From IMG/VR virus record IMGVR_UViG_3300037478_000708, positions 1 through 64,000 of that record: DNA of 64,000 nt, one strand, 5' to 3'. The position numbers and the translations under genes are program-made. Shown one piece after another: positions 1-8,748 of this stretch. This DNA comes from a virus. The first letter of the stretch is position 1. Every line of letters begins with the position of its first letter. Below the pieces are notes generated by a model. It worked only from the letters and a program-made list of their open reading frames with translations. It was not told the DNA's origin and did not search any database.

Positions 1-25
1 GGTCGCCCGCTCGGCCAGTGAGCGC

Positions 26-52
26 TGTCCAGTGACACGCTGTCACTGGACA
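26..52. repeat. Dispersed palindrome copy 1 (TGTCCAGTGACA-CGC-TGTCACTGGACA)
   Basis: Perfect 12-bp inverted arms with a 3-nt centre; the same core recurs 7 more times in the window. Confidence 0.95.
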
Positions 53-56
53 CGGC

Positions 57-88
57 TGTAGACGGGGCCCCTCGCCGCGTGGCAATCT
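57..88 (+). promoter_or_regulatory. Putative promoter TGTAGACG-N18-CAATCT upstream of the 147 ORF
   Basis: Same TGTAGAC -35-like box as the other promoters in the window; weaker -10. Confidence 0.45.
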
Positions 89-146
89 GCGTCGGTTCCA
101 GAGCCGATTTCGCCTCTGCCCGCAGATCACGCGACGAGGAGACGCG

Positions 147-2258
147 ATGTCCGAGAAGCCCATCTACCGCAAGTCCCTGTCCTCCGCCCGAAAGCTCGGT
201 GAAGCCTTCCGCCGCGTCACCCGGCCCCTGAAGGGCGTTCCCGGCCTGGCGGAGCGGATCGGGCAGCTCAGCCTGGACGATCTCCCCGAGGATGAGCAGC
301 GGCACCACACGGGCTACGTAGGGGCGATCCTCGAGTTCGCGGCTCAGCACGCGCAGGGCTACCGCACCGGCTACGTGTCGGGCTCGGACGACGAGGAGAA
401 GAACGTCAACCGCAACGACCTGCGGGCCTTCGCGCAGCACTTCCTGAGCAAGAAGCCGGAGTATTCGCGCTCCAAGAGCGGGCTCGCCGCGTCGCAGATG
501 GAAGCCTGGCTCGTGGAGGCCGGCGGCACGCTCTTCCAGCAGTTCGTCGAGACCGTCATCGAGCAGGGTACGCGTTTCCTGGCCGTGTTCGAGGGCAAGC
601 TCGACATGGAGGAGCTGCGCAAGCTGCGCTCCGCGACCGGGAGCTTCATGCGCTTCGAGACGCTCATCAAGGCCGGCGAGACCAACGGCGGGGAGATCTT
701 CGAGTTCACGGTTCTCGACTGCACGGCCGCGCCGACCAAGGAGCGCGACGTCTACCCGCAGCTCAAGGGGAACGATCCGTCCGTGAAGGACAAGAGCGAC
801 GACGTTCGCTTCTCCGGGATGGGTCCTGTGGAGTCGTTGCTCCCCTCGAACCGCGACGAGTACGACCGCGTGTACGAAGAGGGCGGGCTGCCGCGCGAGG
901 CGCTCCTCGCGATCGCGGGCGCGGACGTCTTCGACAACTGCGTCGAGGTCGACAAGAAGCAGTTCGTGAGCGATCCGAACGGCGTGGCCTGGACGTCGGA
1001 GGACGGTTACACGTGGCTCCCCGAAGTCGATCAGATCGACGAGGCGGGAGGCTACGAGGCGGACGACGACGAAGACGAGGTGGACGACTACGGCTACGAC
1101 AAGCCGGAACAGGAGCCGCGCAACTACCGCGAGGCCGAAGACTCGGCGCGCACCTGCTCCCGCTGTCGCTACTACCGGCACGAGGGCAGTGACATCGGCT
1201 ACTGTCACCTGTACGCGACGCCCGTCGAGCCGGCGTGGACGTGCGACTCGTGGGAGGCGCGGCAGGAGGGCCTGATCGAGTCCGCGGAGGACGCGGCCGT
1301 GCAGTCCGACTACGGGGCTTGGACCGTCGTGCAGGAAGCCGAGCAGGTGATCGTGACCGTGGGAGAACGTGCCTGGCTCGTTCCGCACGGCTACGAAGAG
1401 GTGGTCGAGGGCATCGCGAGCATCGGGGAGATGTATCCCGAGCTGCCGAGCGAGCGCGACGTCATGGTCGAGGCGTACCTGCGCGACTACGCCGAGGAAG
1501 CGGGCGTTCCCTGCGGACGGCCGGCGCTCACGGAAGACGTCGAGTGCCGCACGGACGAGCGGGACGCGATCGTCGAGGCGAACAATCAAGAACGGCTTCA
1601 GTCACGGGTGGGCGACGTCCGCGAGGAGGCCGAGGAGATCGTGCGGGAGACCTATCCGGACGTCGCCGAAGGAAGCGAGCAGTGGGACCAGCTCTGCGAA
1701 GGGCTCGCGCGGTCTCTCCGCCGCGAGCTGAGCGAGCGAGGAAAGGTGGTTCCGGCGCTGGCGTTCCCGGACGAAGAGCCGACGACGCGCAAAGGCGCGT
1801 TCAAGGTCTCGTCGAAGGCGCTGAGCATGTTCCGGGAGGCCGGTATCCTCTCGCGTCCGAGCGACGCCGTGTTCAAGAAGGTGCTCCGCGTCGTGGACGA
1901 GATCCCGCGGAACGAGCTGCCGAAGCTCTTCGGCGTGACCTCGCCGGGTGCCGCGGCGATCCCGGACGCACAAGACGTCCTGGCCCGACAGCCGCGCCGG
2001 GCCTTCCAGATGTTCCTGCGCAACGTGCAGCGCGTCTCCCCGCGACTGCATAAGGTGCTCCAGCAGATCGGTCAGGAAAACGCCTCGCTGATCTTCTACG
2101 CCATCACCGAGCGCCTGTCCGGCGAGGACATGGCGAACATCATCTTCCGCCGCTACTTCGCGACGCAATCCGACCATCACAAGGCCGTTCCCGTTCGGAA
2201 CATCGAGAGCGTCGAAGAGGCCGACGATGACGAGGAGGGGGACGGAAAAAAGCCGTAA
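147..2258 (+). CDS. Large acidic multi-module protein (short, 703-aa form); contains a CxxC-x10-C-x10-C HiPIP-like/Zn module at about 1120-1255; probable head-associated protein
   Basis: GAGGAG RBS, genome-typical codon usage, ESVEE linker at 2205-2219 like those of the giant ORFs. Confidence 0.8.
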   Translation: MSEKPIYRKSLSSARKLGEAFRRVTRPLKGVPGLAERIGQLSLDDLPEDEQRHHTGYVGAILEFAAQHAQGYRTGYVSGSDDEEKNVNRNDLRAFAQHFLSKKPEYSRSKSGLAASQMEAWLVEAGGTLFQQFVETVIEQGTRFLAVFEGKLDMEELRKLRSATGSFMRFETLIKAGETNGGEIFEFTVLDCTAAPTKERDVYPQLKGNDPSVKDKSDDVRFSGMGPVESLLPSNRDEYDRVYEEGGLPREALLAIAGADVFDNCVEVDKKQFVSDPNGVAWTSEDGYTWLPEVDQIDEAGGYEADDDEDEVDDYGYDKPEQEPRNYREAEDSARTCSRCRYYRHEGSDIGYCHLYATPVEPAWTCDSWEARQEGLIESAEDAAVQSDYGAWTVVQEAEQVIVTVGERAWLVPHGYEEVVEGIASIGEMYPELPSERDVMVEAYLRDYAEEAGVPCGRPALTEDVECRTDERDAIVEANNQERLQSRVGDVREEAEEIVRETYPDVAEGSEQWDQLCEGLARSLRRELSERGKVVPALAFPDEEPTTRKGAFKVSSKALSMFREAGILSRPSDAVFKKVLRVVDEIPRNELPKLFGVTSPGAAAIPDAQDVLARQPRRAFQMFLRNVQRVSPRLHKVLQQIGQENASLIFYAITERLSGEDMANIIFRRYFATQSDHHKAVPVRNIESVEEADDDEEGDGKKP

Positions 2259-3622
2259 GCCCCGACTCCGGGAAGAAGGGCAAGGAGTCGGGGCAGAAGG
2301 CTCCGGGTGACGACGAGGAAGAAGAGGACGACGAAGAGGCCGAGAAGAAGGACAAGGACGACGAGAAGGTCGACAAGGCCAAGAGCGGCGAGAAGGAAGG
2401 CGCGGTTCCCTCCGAGCCGGAGACCGACGATCGCATGGACGATCCGCCGTTCTACCGCGACGACGTACAGGCGTACTACGACATGCGCGTCGCGTCGGGT
2501 GACTCGCAACCCGAGGCCATGTCGAAGACGAAGCGGCACTTCAAGCTGCGCGCGCTGATCGTCACGCCGACCGGCGAAGTGCGCTCGCCGGGCGTGGTCG
2601 ACGATCCGAGCCCGCCCGAGACCGCCGCTCCGCCGCCGGAGGGGGGCGAGGAAGAGCCTCCGGAGGGTGAAGAGGGTCCGGACAAGGGGGACCCGGGTTC
2701 CCAGATTGGGGACGAGGACCCGCACGGGTCGGATCCCAAGAAGGGGAAAGAGGAGGCTGCGCTCGACGCGCGCTGGCTCGCGTTCCTCTCAGGCGAGTCG
2801 CCCGTCGACGCGTTCGAGGCCGAGGAGGCGTGGGAGGCGCCGGATCTCGAGGAGCATTGGCGGCCGGCGCACCTACCTAAGCGCAACCGTCGGGCACACG
2901 TCGCCGAGAACGTCACGCGCGAACAGGCGCGGCTGTACGAGAAGTTCCAGCGGCTCGTGAACATGCGGGCGGGTGAGCTGCGGGCGCACCTGCGCTCGGA
3001 TGCCCTCGCGGAGACCATCGCCGCCGCTCGTCGCCAGAAACGGGGGCCCCTCGTCGAGGGCAAACGCATGGCTCGCTACGTGCTGCTCATGAAGGCGACG
3101 CCCGTGCACGAGTGGACCGCCGAGCTGTGGGAGCAGTGCCGGCAGGTCGTGTCGTTCATCGAACGCACCCGCCGCAACAACACGCCGTTGCTCGACGAGA
3201 ACGGCCGCGCGACGCGGAAGCTCATGGCGCTCCGGACGTGGGGGCACAACCCGACGGTTCCGGCCTACGTCACGGAGGCGGAGATCGAGCCTCTGCTCGG
3301 GCACCGGCAGGTGCTTCACCGCTACATCGATGCGACCCCGGGCATCGGCCTGGTCGCGTTGATGGCCGAGCGCAAGGCTCCGGCATGGGACGCGCTCAAG
3401 AAGGGCAAGGTGTCTCTGACGGATGAGGAGCGTTCCGCGGTGCTGCAGCGCAAGGCGGTTTGGCATCATGGGCGCAATGGGGAGGAGACGCCTGCGGTGT
3501 GGAAGACGCAAGTCGGCGGCGAGACGTGGTTCGTCACGAACACGCATCGCCTGTACCAGGCGTCGCCGACCTTGGAAGGCGCGATAGGTCGTTACCATAA
3601 GGTCGTCAAGCAGACGGCCTGA
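147..3622 (+). CDS. Frameshift-extended product (~1158 aa) adding an acidic linker, a DUF3140-like domain (FQRLVNM..EL..LRTWGHNP) and a C-terminal phage domain (TNTHRLYQASPTLEGAI)
   Basis: The -1 frame from 2252 reads AVSPDSGKKGKESGQKAPGDDEEEEDD... with native codon usage into MDDPPFY (2435). Confidence 0.75.
2232..2294 (+). promoter_or_regulatory. -1 programmed ribosomal frameshift signal: SD-like GGAGG, slippery A_AAA_AAG (2246-2252), 6-nt spacer, 11-bp stem 2259-2269/2284-2294
   Basis: All three dnaX/IS3-type elements are present; the -1 frame is open and continues into ORF 2435..3622. Confidence 0.85.
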
Positions 3623-3646
3623 CCCAAGATGTTCGGAGAAAGCCAG

Positions 3647-3928
3647 ATGAAGAACCTGTACCTCGTGACCGCGTTGGCGGTCTTCTCCCTGTTCGCGTCG
3701 TCGTGTCGCAGCCTCGCGGCCGTGACCACGCCGGACGCGCTACAGGACATCCCCATGAAGCAATCGCTCCTGTTGGAGTCGGCGATCGAGTCGATCGAAG
3801 CGGGCAGCTCCTCCTGGGTGGCCGAAGACGGGAACGTGCTCCGTGAGCAGATCCTCGGCGTTCTCAGGGCCGACAAGGACGCCTGGGACGAGCTGGATCG
3901 TTTCTACAACCCGGGCGTCGAGGAGTAG
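3647..3928 (+). CDS. Putative lipoprotein (possible o-spanin-like)
   Basis: MKNLYLVTALAVFSLFASSC signal peptide ending in a lipobox-like Cys; GGAG RBS. Confidence 0.55.
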   Translation: MKNLYLVTALAVFSLFASSCRSLAAVTTPDALQDIPMKQSLLLESAIESIEAGSSSWVAEDGNVLREQILGVLRADKDAWDELDRFYNPGVEE

Positions 3929-3934
3929 CGTTCC

Positions 3935-4573
3935 ATGACGAAGACGAAGTACGACGAAGGTCGCGAGGCGTTCGCGGCCGGCACCGCGGCCGAGGGGAAC
4001 CCCTACGGCGGGGCGTCGAAGGCGCATAGCGAGTGGCTCCGCGGGTGGTCCGACGCGAGCCTCGAGGCCGAAGAGGGCGCTGCGCCCGCGGAGGCGCCCC
4101 CGGCGGCCGTCGAGCCCCTGGCGGAAGCGCCCCCGGCGGCCGTCGAGCCCCCGGTGGAAGAGCCCCCGGCGAAGCCGCTCGGTGAGGCCGGCTACGATCG
4201 CATCATGGAGCTGCTCGAGCACCCGCCTCTCGGGGATCTGCCCGACGGCGTGGTTCTCCCGCCCGATGGGGAGGTCCCCGAGGATCTCGCCGCGTGGCTC
4301 AAGGCGTGGAAGCAGCCGCTCGCGTTGCTCACCGTCGACACCGCGCTCCGGGCGGTGTCCTTCCGGATCAACGGTGCGTCCCGCGGTCGCCTGCGCGAGC
4401 TGTACCGGGGCATGTCTCCGGAACAGGTGTCGGCGGCCATGCAGGCGAACGCCGACGTGATCGCGGGGTTCGCCGATCAACGCGCCGCCGAGGCCGGGCT
4501 TCTCAACTCCATGCAGACGGCGCTCACGGAGAAGGCCGCGAGCTACCTGCTCACGGCCTTGTCGCTCGTCTGA
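3935..4573 (+). CDS. Hypothetical protein with N-terminal Rmf-like motif (YDEGREAF..G..NPY..EWLRGW) and a duplicated EAPPAAVEP
   Basis: Motif recognition; tandem near-duplicate at about 4091-4150. Confidence 0.55.
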   Translation: MTKTKYDEGREAFAAGTAAEGNPYGGASKAHSEWLRGWSDASLEAEEGAAPAEAPPAAVEPLAEAPPAAVEPPVEEPPAKPLGEAGYDRIMELLEHPPLGDLPDGVVLPPDGEVPEDLAAWLKAWKQPLALLTVDTALRAVSFRINGASRGRLRELYRGMSPEQVSAAMQANADVIAGFADQRAAEAGLLNSMQTALTEKAASYLLTALSLV

Positions 4574-4656
4574 CGTTCCGTGACCCTCGCCCGCCGGGTC
4601 TTCCGCGGGCGAGGGCTCACTTCCTCTGAGTCCCTCACAACCGAAGAAGCCCATCG

Positions 4657-4881
4657 TTGTCCACGAACTTCTCCTCTCTGCGGCTTCCGAAGAGGTTCAG
4701 TGCGGCGGCACTCGCTTCGGTCCTGTCGTACCTCGGTCTGCGCGACGGATTGTCGGCGGAGCAGATCTTGCTCGTTACCGGGCCCCTGTACGTCTTCATC
4801 GGGTCGCAAGGTATGGCGGACCTGGGCAAGGAACGGGCGCGCATCATTCACGCGCCAACTGAGAAGGAGTCGAGCCAATGA
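4657..4881 (+). CDS. Small membrane protein, holin-like
   Basis: 74 aa, two hydrophobic segments, charged C-terminus, overlaps the next gene (ATGA). Confidence 0.4.
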   Translation: MSTNFSSLRLPKRFSAAALASVLSYLGLRDGLSAEQILLVTGPLYVFIGSQGMADLGKERARIIHAPTEKESSQ

Positions 4882-5441
4882 CGCCGGAAGACACCGTTCC
4901 GAACGCAGAGCGCTCTCATAGGAAGAGTACCTTCCTCTCCGAACAGGGAACCTGGGTGAACCTTTCTCTTGCCATCGTGATTCTCGTCTCGACGGCGACG
5001 GCCGTCGCCGTTTTTGTTCGTGGCATGTCCAAGGTCGACGCGGTGACCCGCACCGCCGATCAGCTACAAGCCTCGGCCGAGAGCACGAACAAGGTTACGT
5101 CGGAGCTGAACCAGAACCTCGTCATCGTGCAGGGCGATCTGCGGAATCTCTCGGAGAAGATCGGCGGCTTGCAGGCGGACAACAAGCAGTCCGAGCGAGA
5201 TGCGCAGGAGCACGCCGCGAAGGTCATCCGCATGGAGACGGAGCTGCAAACGCACAAGGAACGGATCTCCGCGTTAGAGGCCAACCTGCGCGCAGCGGAA
5301 GCGTCGATGCAATCCTCGGTCAAGTCGATGGAGGCGGCGCTACAGAGCGCCGTCAAGTCCCTGGAGGCGCGACTCCTCAGTCTCGAGATCGGTGCGAGTC
5401 GTCGCAGCGGTGGCTCGAACGGGAACGGAGGCGCCGAATGA
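4878..5441 (+). CDS. Single-TM coiled-coil protein (possible i-spanin-like)
   Basis: N-terminal TM helix followed by a long heptad coiled coil. Confidence 0.5.
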   Translation: MTPEDTVPNAERSHRKSTFLSEQGTWVNLSLAIVILVSTATAVAVFVRGMSKVDAVTRTADQLQASAESTNKVTSELNQNLVIVQGDLRNLSEKIGGLQADNKQSERDAQEHAAKVIRMETELQTHKERISALEANLRAAEASMQSSVKSMEAALQSAVKSLEARLLSLEIGASRRSGGSNGNGGAE

Positions 5442-5475
5442 AGTCGGGCGTTCTCTCGAGCCGGCGTAGCGGACG

Positions 5476-5925
5476 GTGATACGCTTGCGTCGTCGATCGG
5501 ACCGCACGAGCCTGCGGCTGCTCATCGTTCTTGCGCTGCTCAACGCCGGCCTTGCTGTGTTCGGCATCGTTTTCTACCGTTACGTTGTGGATCTCGAGAG
5601 CCGCGTCTATTACATGGAGCGCAGCATGGAACTCCGACCTGTCACGCGAATCACGACGTCCGACGGACGTCAGCGCACGACCTACCGGGCTCCGGACGAA
5701 ACGTCGGAGGACTACGCGCAGCGCGTGCTCGCGCTCGCGACGTCGGGCGAACCCGCAGGTCACCTGTGCACCACGCTTACAGGCTGTCTTCCGGACGGCG
5801 AGACTACGCTCGAGCACTGCACTCCGTACGTCGGCGAGAGCGCGTCGAATACGGTGAAGGCGCAGCACGAGGCGGACGTCGCGGCGCTCTGCGCGACGCT
5901 CGAGTGCGCGGACTGCGGAGACTAG
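5476..5925 (+). CDS. Membrane-anchored Cys-rich hypothetical protein
   Basis: TM segment LLIVLALLNAGLAVFGIVFY; 6 Cys. Confidence 0.5.
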   Translation: MIRLRRRSDRTSLRLLIVLALLNAGLAVFGIVFYRYVVDLESRVYYMERSMELRPVTRITTSDGRQRTTYRAPDETSEDYAQRVLALATSGEPAGHLCTTLTGCLPDGETTLEHCTPYVGESASNTVKAQHEADVAALCATLECADCGD

Positions 5926-5956
5926 CGCGCCTCCGCAGCCGTTCCAGGCGCGACTA

Positions 5957-6005
5957 AAGTTGAACCCGAGAAAGGTTCGACTTTCGTTCCTGCCCTCGGT
6001 AGTCT
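5957..6005 (+). promoter_or_regulatory. Hairpin AAAGTTGAACC/GGTTCGACTTT overlapping putative promoter TCGACT-N17-TAGTCT that starts the accessory cluster
   Basis: Imperfect inverted repeat; -10-like box 11 nt before ATG 6016. Confidence 0.4.
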
Positions 6006-6015
6006 CCCCGCCAGC

Positions 6016-7329
6016 ATGGGCGACGCAACGGGCGAGACGGGGCTGCGGCTAGAGCACGTTTTTCTGTACGGGCTTCAGGTGCCCGCACTGTGCGGCAAGG
6101 CGCTGGGGTGCGACGTGCCCCGCTACGGGTGCTGTCACTACACCGAGGCGCAGGGGCACGCGGAGACGTGCTCCGCGGAGGTGCGGGTGGTGCACATCGA
6201 GGCGGCGCTCGCACGCTCGGGCATCGCCTTCGTGCGGATCACACGAGAGGATGAGCGTATGCGCTGGCTTGCCGGCACGGAGCCGCCGACGGAAGCCGAC
6301 CGTGCGTGGTTGGCCGAGTTCCTGGGTTACGCGCCGGGTGTGGTCCTGCAGGAGGACGCGGCCCTTGTCGACGTGCTCGCGCCGTTCGCGTTCCTGCTCC
6401 GGGAGGCCGCGAGGGTGCGGGACTTCACGCGGCAGATGTCGGTGGAGCTGCCGCGGCTCGCGGGACCGCTGTGCGGCGGCGGGTTCGATCTCGAGGCGGA
6501 AAGAGCGGACGTCGAGCGTTACGCCAACCTCATCGGTCGGGCGCTTGCCGAGGGCGGCTCCGCGGAGGTGCGGATAGGCGACAAGAGAGTCGGCGTCTTC
6601 CTGCCGGATCCTGAAGCGCCGGGGGGCTACCGTTGGGTTCCGGAAGAGGGCTCGTGAGATGGGGTACCCGCTCGATCTGGACGAGTACAGCGACGCGCGG
6701 ATCCATGAGGAGATGCAGCGGCGGTGGTCGTGCAAGCGCGCGCACGTGTGCCCCTACTGCAATACGCGCCTGGACAGCGGGCACCCGTGCAAGCTCCGCG
6801 AGCACAACGAACCCGTTCCCGCGGACGTGGCACAAGAAGCCGTGCTCCAGTCCATCGCCGCGGAGATCGACAGTCGCCTTCCGAGCCGGCGTGGCTTCGT
6901 GCTCGTCGTGACGCGGTTCGGCACGCCAGGCGTCGACGCAGACGAGAACGCCCTAGCTAGTTACGTGTCGAGTCTGTCCGCGTCGGAGGTGCCGAAGATG
7001 CTCCGCGGCACGGCCGCCTACATCGAGGAACGTGAGCAGCAGCGAAAGAGGAACGGAGAATGACGACGCATCGGTACAGCTTGGAATTCCGCGCAGGCGT
7101 TCCGAGTCACGTGGATCTGGCGATCTCCGCGGTGGGCGAACTCAACCCGAAGTACGTTCGTCGTATGGGGCCCGGAGAGCCGATGCCGCACGAGGTCGTC
7201 TGGGAGTTCGACACTCACGCGCAGGTTGAGCAGGCCATCGCCAGGCTTCGTGGCGCCATGCTGCACGAAGTCCGTGTCCGTCCGGTTACGGACGTCAGTT
7301 CGGGAGGACTGCCCGGGACGGTACTCTAG
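6016..7329 (+). CDS. Three hypothetical proteins (6016-6657, 6659-7063, 7060-7329)
   Basis: Abutting or overlapping ORFs with native codon usage. Confidence 0.65.
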
Positions 7330-7331
7330 GC

Positions 7332-7352
7332 CCAGTGACACGCTGTCACTGG
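7332..7352. repeat. Dispersed palindrome copy 2
   Basis: CCAGTGACA-CGC-TGTCACTGG, 4 nt before the HNH start codon. Confidence 0.95.
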
Positions 7353-7356
7353 ACGG

Positions 7357-7857
7357 ATGGACGCACCGAGCGAAACAGAGCGATGGAAGCCGATTCCCGA
7401 GTTCGAGGGGTTCTACGAGGCGTCCACGCTCGGCCGCATTCGCTCCGTGGAGCGCGCGCTTCGGATCCGCTCCAGGCACGGAACCTACTACACGCGCCGC
7501 TACCCCGGGTGCGTCATCAAGCCGTCGACGCGGGGCTATCGCGGGCAGTACCTCTTCGTCAACCTCCAGCGCGCGGGTCGGCAGTTCTCCGTGTCCGTGC
7601 ATCGCGCCGTGCTGCTTGCGCACGTCGGACCCCCGCCGTTTCCCGAGGCCGAGGTCTTGCACGGGCCGAATCACGACCCTGCGGACAATCGCCTCTGCAA
7701 CCTGCGCTGGGGTTCTCACGAGGAGAACAACGATGATCGGAACCGCGTCAATGGCTACGTCACCTACGCCGAGCTGCTCGCACGCGCTCGCGCCTCGGGA
7801 GAGGTGGGGGGCGGGTTCGAGAGCGATCTCTGTGAGGCGGAGAGCGTTCCGTTCTAG
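7357..7857 (+). CDS. NUMOD4-HNH homing endonuclease
   Basis: WKPIPEFEGFYEASTLGRIRS (NUMOD4); VHRAV...H.....DNRLCNLRWGSHEEN (HNH). Confidence 0.9.
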   Translation: MDAPSETERWKPIPEFEGFYEASTLGRIRSVERALRIRSRHGTYYTRRYPGCVIKPSTRGYRGQYLFVNLQRAGRQFSVSVHRAVLLAHVGPPPFPEAEVLHGPNHDPADNRLCNLRWGSHEENNDDRNRVNGYVTYAELLARARASGEVGGGFESDLCEAESVPF

Positions 7858-7860
7858 CCG

Positions 7861-8346
7861 ATGATCGTCATGGCCGGACTGCCCCGCTCGGGTAACCACG
7901 TCATCCGCGAGCATATCCTCCGCTGCATTCGCCGGTGGCGTGGGCTGGACGAGTCGAAGCCGCACGAGAAGGTCGCGATCTGGCACGGCACGCAGCAGCC
8001 TCCGCGCTTCGACGAGAAGCGCACGCGCTTCGTGATCCCTGTTCGCGACCGACGTTGGCAGCAAGCCTCGCTGCACGGCAAGCCGGAGCTGAAGCCCGCG
8101 CAGTTCCCGACCGACGGCTGCATCAAGGGCGTCATGCGCGCGGTGCTCGCGCTCAACGCGTCCGTCTACTACCTGAGCTACGAGGCGTTCGTCGCGGATC
8201 CCAACGGGGTGACGCAGGATCTCATGCGCTGGCTCGGCTACCCGTGGGTGCCCTTCCCCGAAGGTCCGGCCAGCCCGCTGCTTCCGCATAGCGGACCCCC
8301 GTTCGACGGCAACGAGAAGTACCGGTGCGCCGCACCCCAAAAGTAG
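7861..8346 (+). CDS. Sulfotransferase-like P-loop protein (copy A)
   Basis: GLPRSG PAPS-binding-like loop; LSYEAFVADP..LMRWLG C-terminal pattern. Confidence 0.55.
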   Translation: MIVMAGLPRSGNHVIREHILRCIRRWRGLDESKPHEKVAIWHGTQQPPRFDEKRTRFVIPVRDRRWQQASLHGKPELKPAQFPTDGCIKGVMRAVLALNASVYYLSYEAFVADPNGVTQDLMRWLGYPWVPFPEGPASPLLPHSGPPFDGNEKYRCAAPQK

Positions 8347-8360
8347 GAGAGCCCCCAATC

Positions 8361-8717
8361 TTGGAAACACTCACGATCTCCATCTCCCCCAAAGAGCGGA
8401 AGAAGCTCACCGCGCTCCTCACTCCGCTGAACGATCAGATCATCCTCGCCGTCGACGCGGCGGAGTCGCGGACTCGCGGAGGGCTCATCCTGCCGGAGAG
8501 CGCCGCCAAGACTCCGGAGACCGGAACGATCGTCGCCGTGGGTCCCGGATCCGTGAACCCGATGACCGGTGAGCGTGTTCCGCTCGCCGTCGTGGTGGGC
8601 GACCGTGTGATCTTCGGCCGCTACGCGGGCTACGAACTCGTGTACAACGGGCATGCGCTCAAAGCCATGCGCGAGGCCGATCTCGTCACCGTGCTCAACG
8701 GCGAAGGTGAGGCGTGA
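8361..8717 (+). CDS. groES: Co-chaperonin GroES (Cpn10)
   Basis: PLNDQI..TRGGLILPESA..GTIVAVGPG..VGDRVIFGRYAG..MREADL; AGGAG RBS before TTG. Confidence 0.92.
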   Translation: METLTISISPKERKKLTALLTPLNDQIILAVDAAESRTRGGLILPESAAKTPETGTIVAVGPGSVNPMTGERVPLAVVVGDRVIFGRYAGYELVYNGHALKAMREADLVTVLNGEGEA

Positions 8718-8748
8718 AGGTCGCGAAGAAGCCGCCGAGGGAGCTTGC

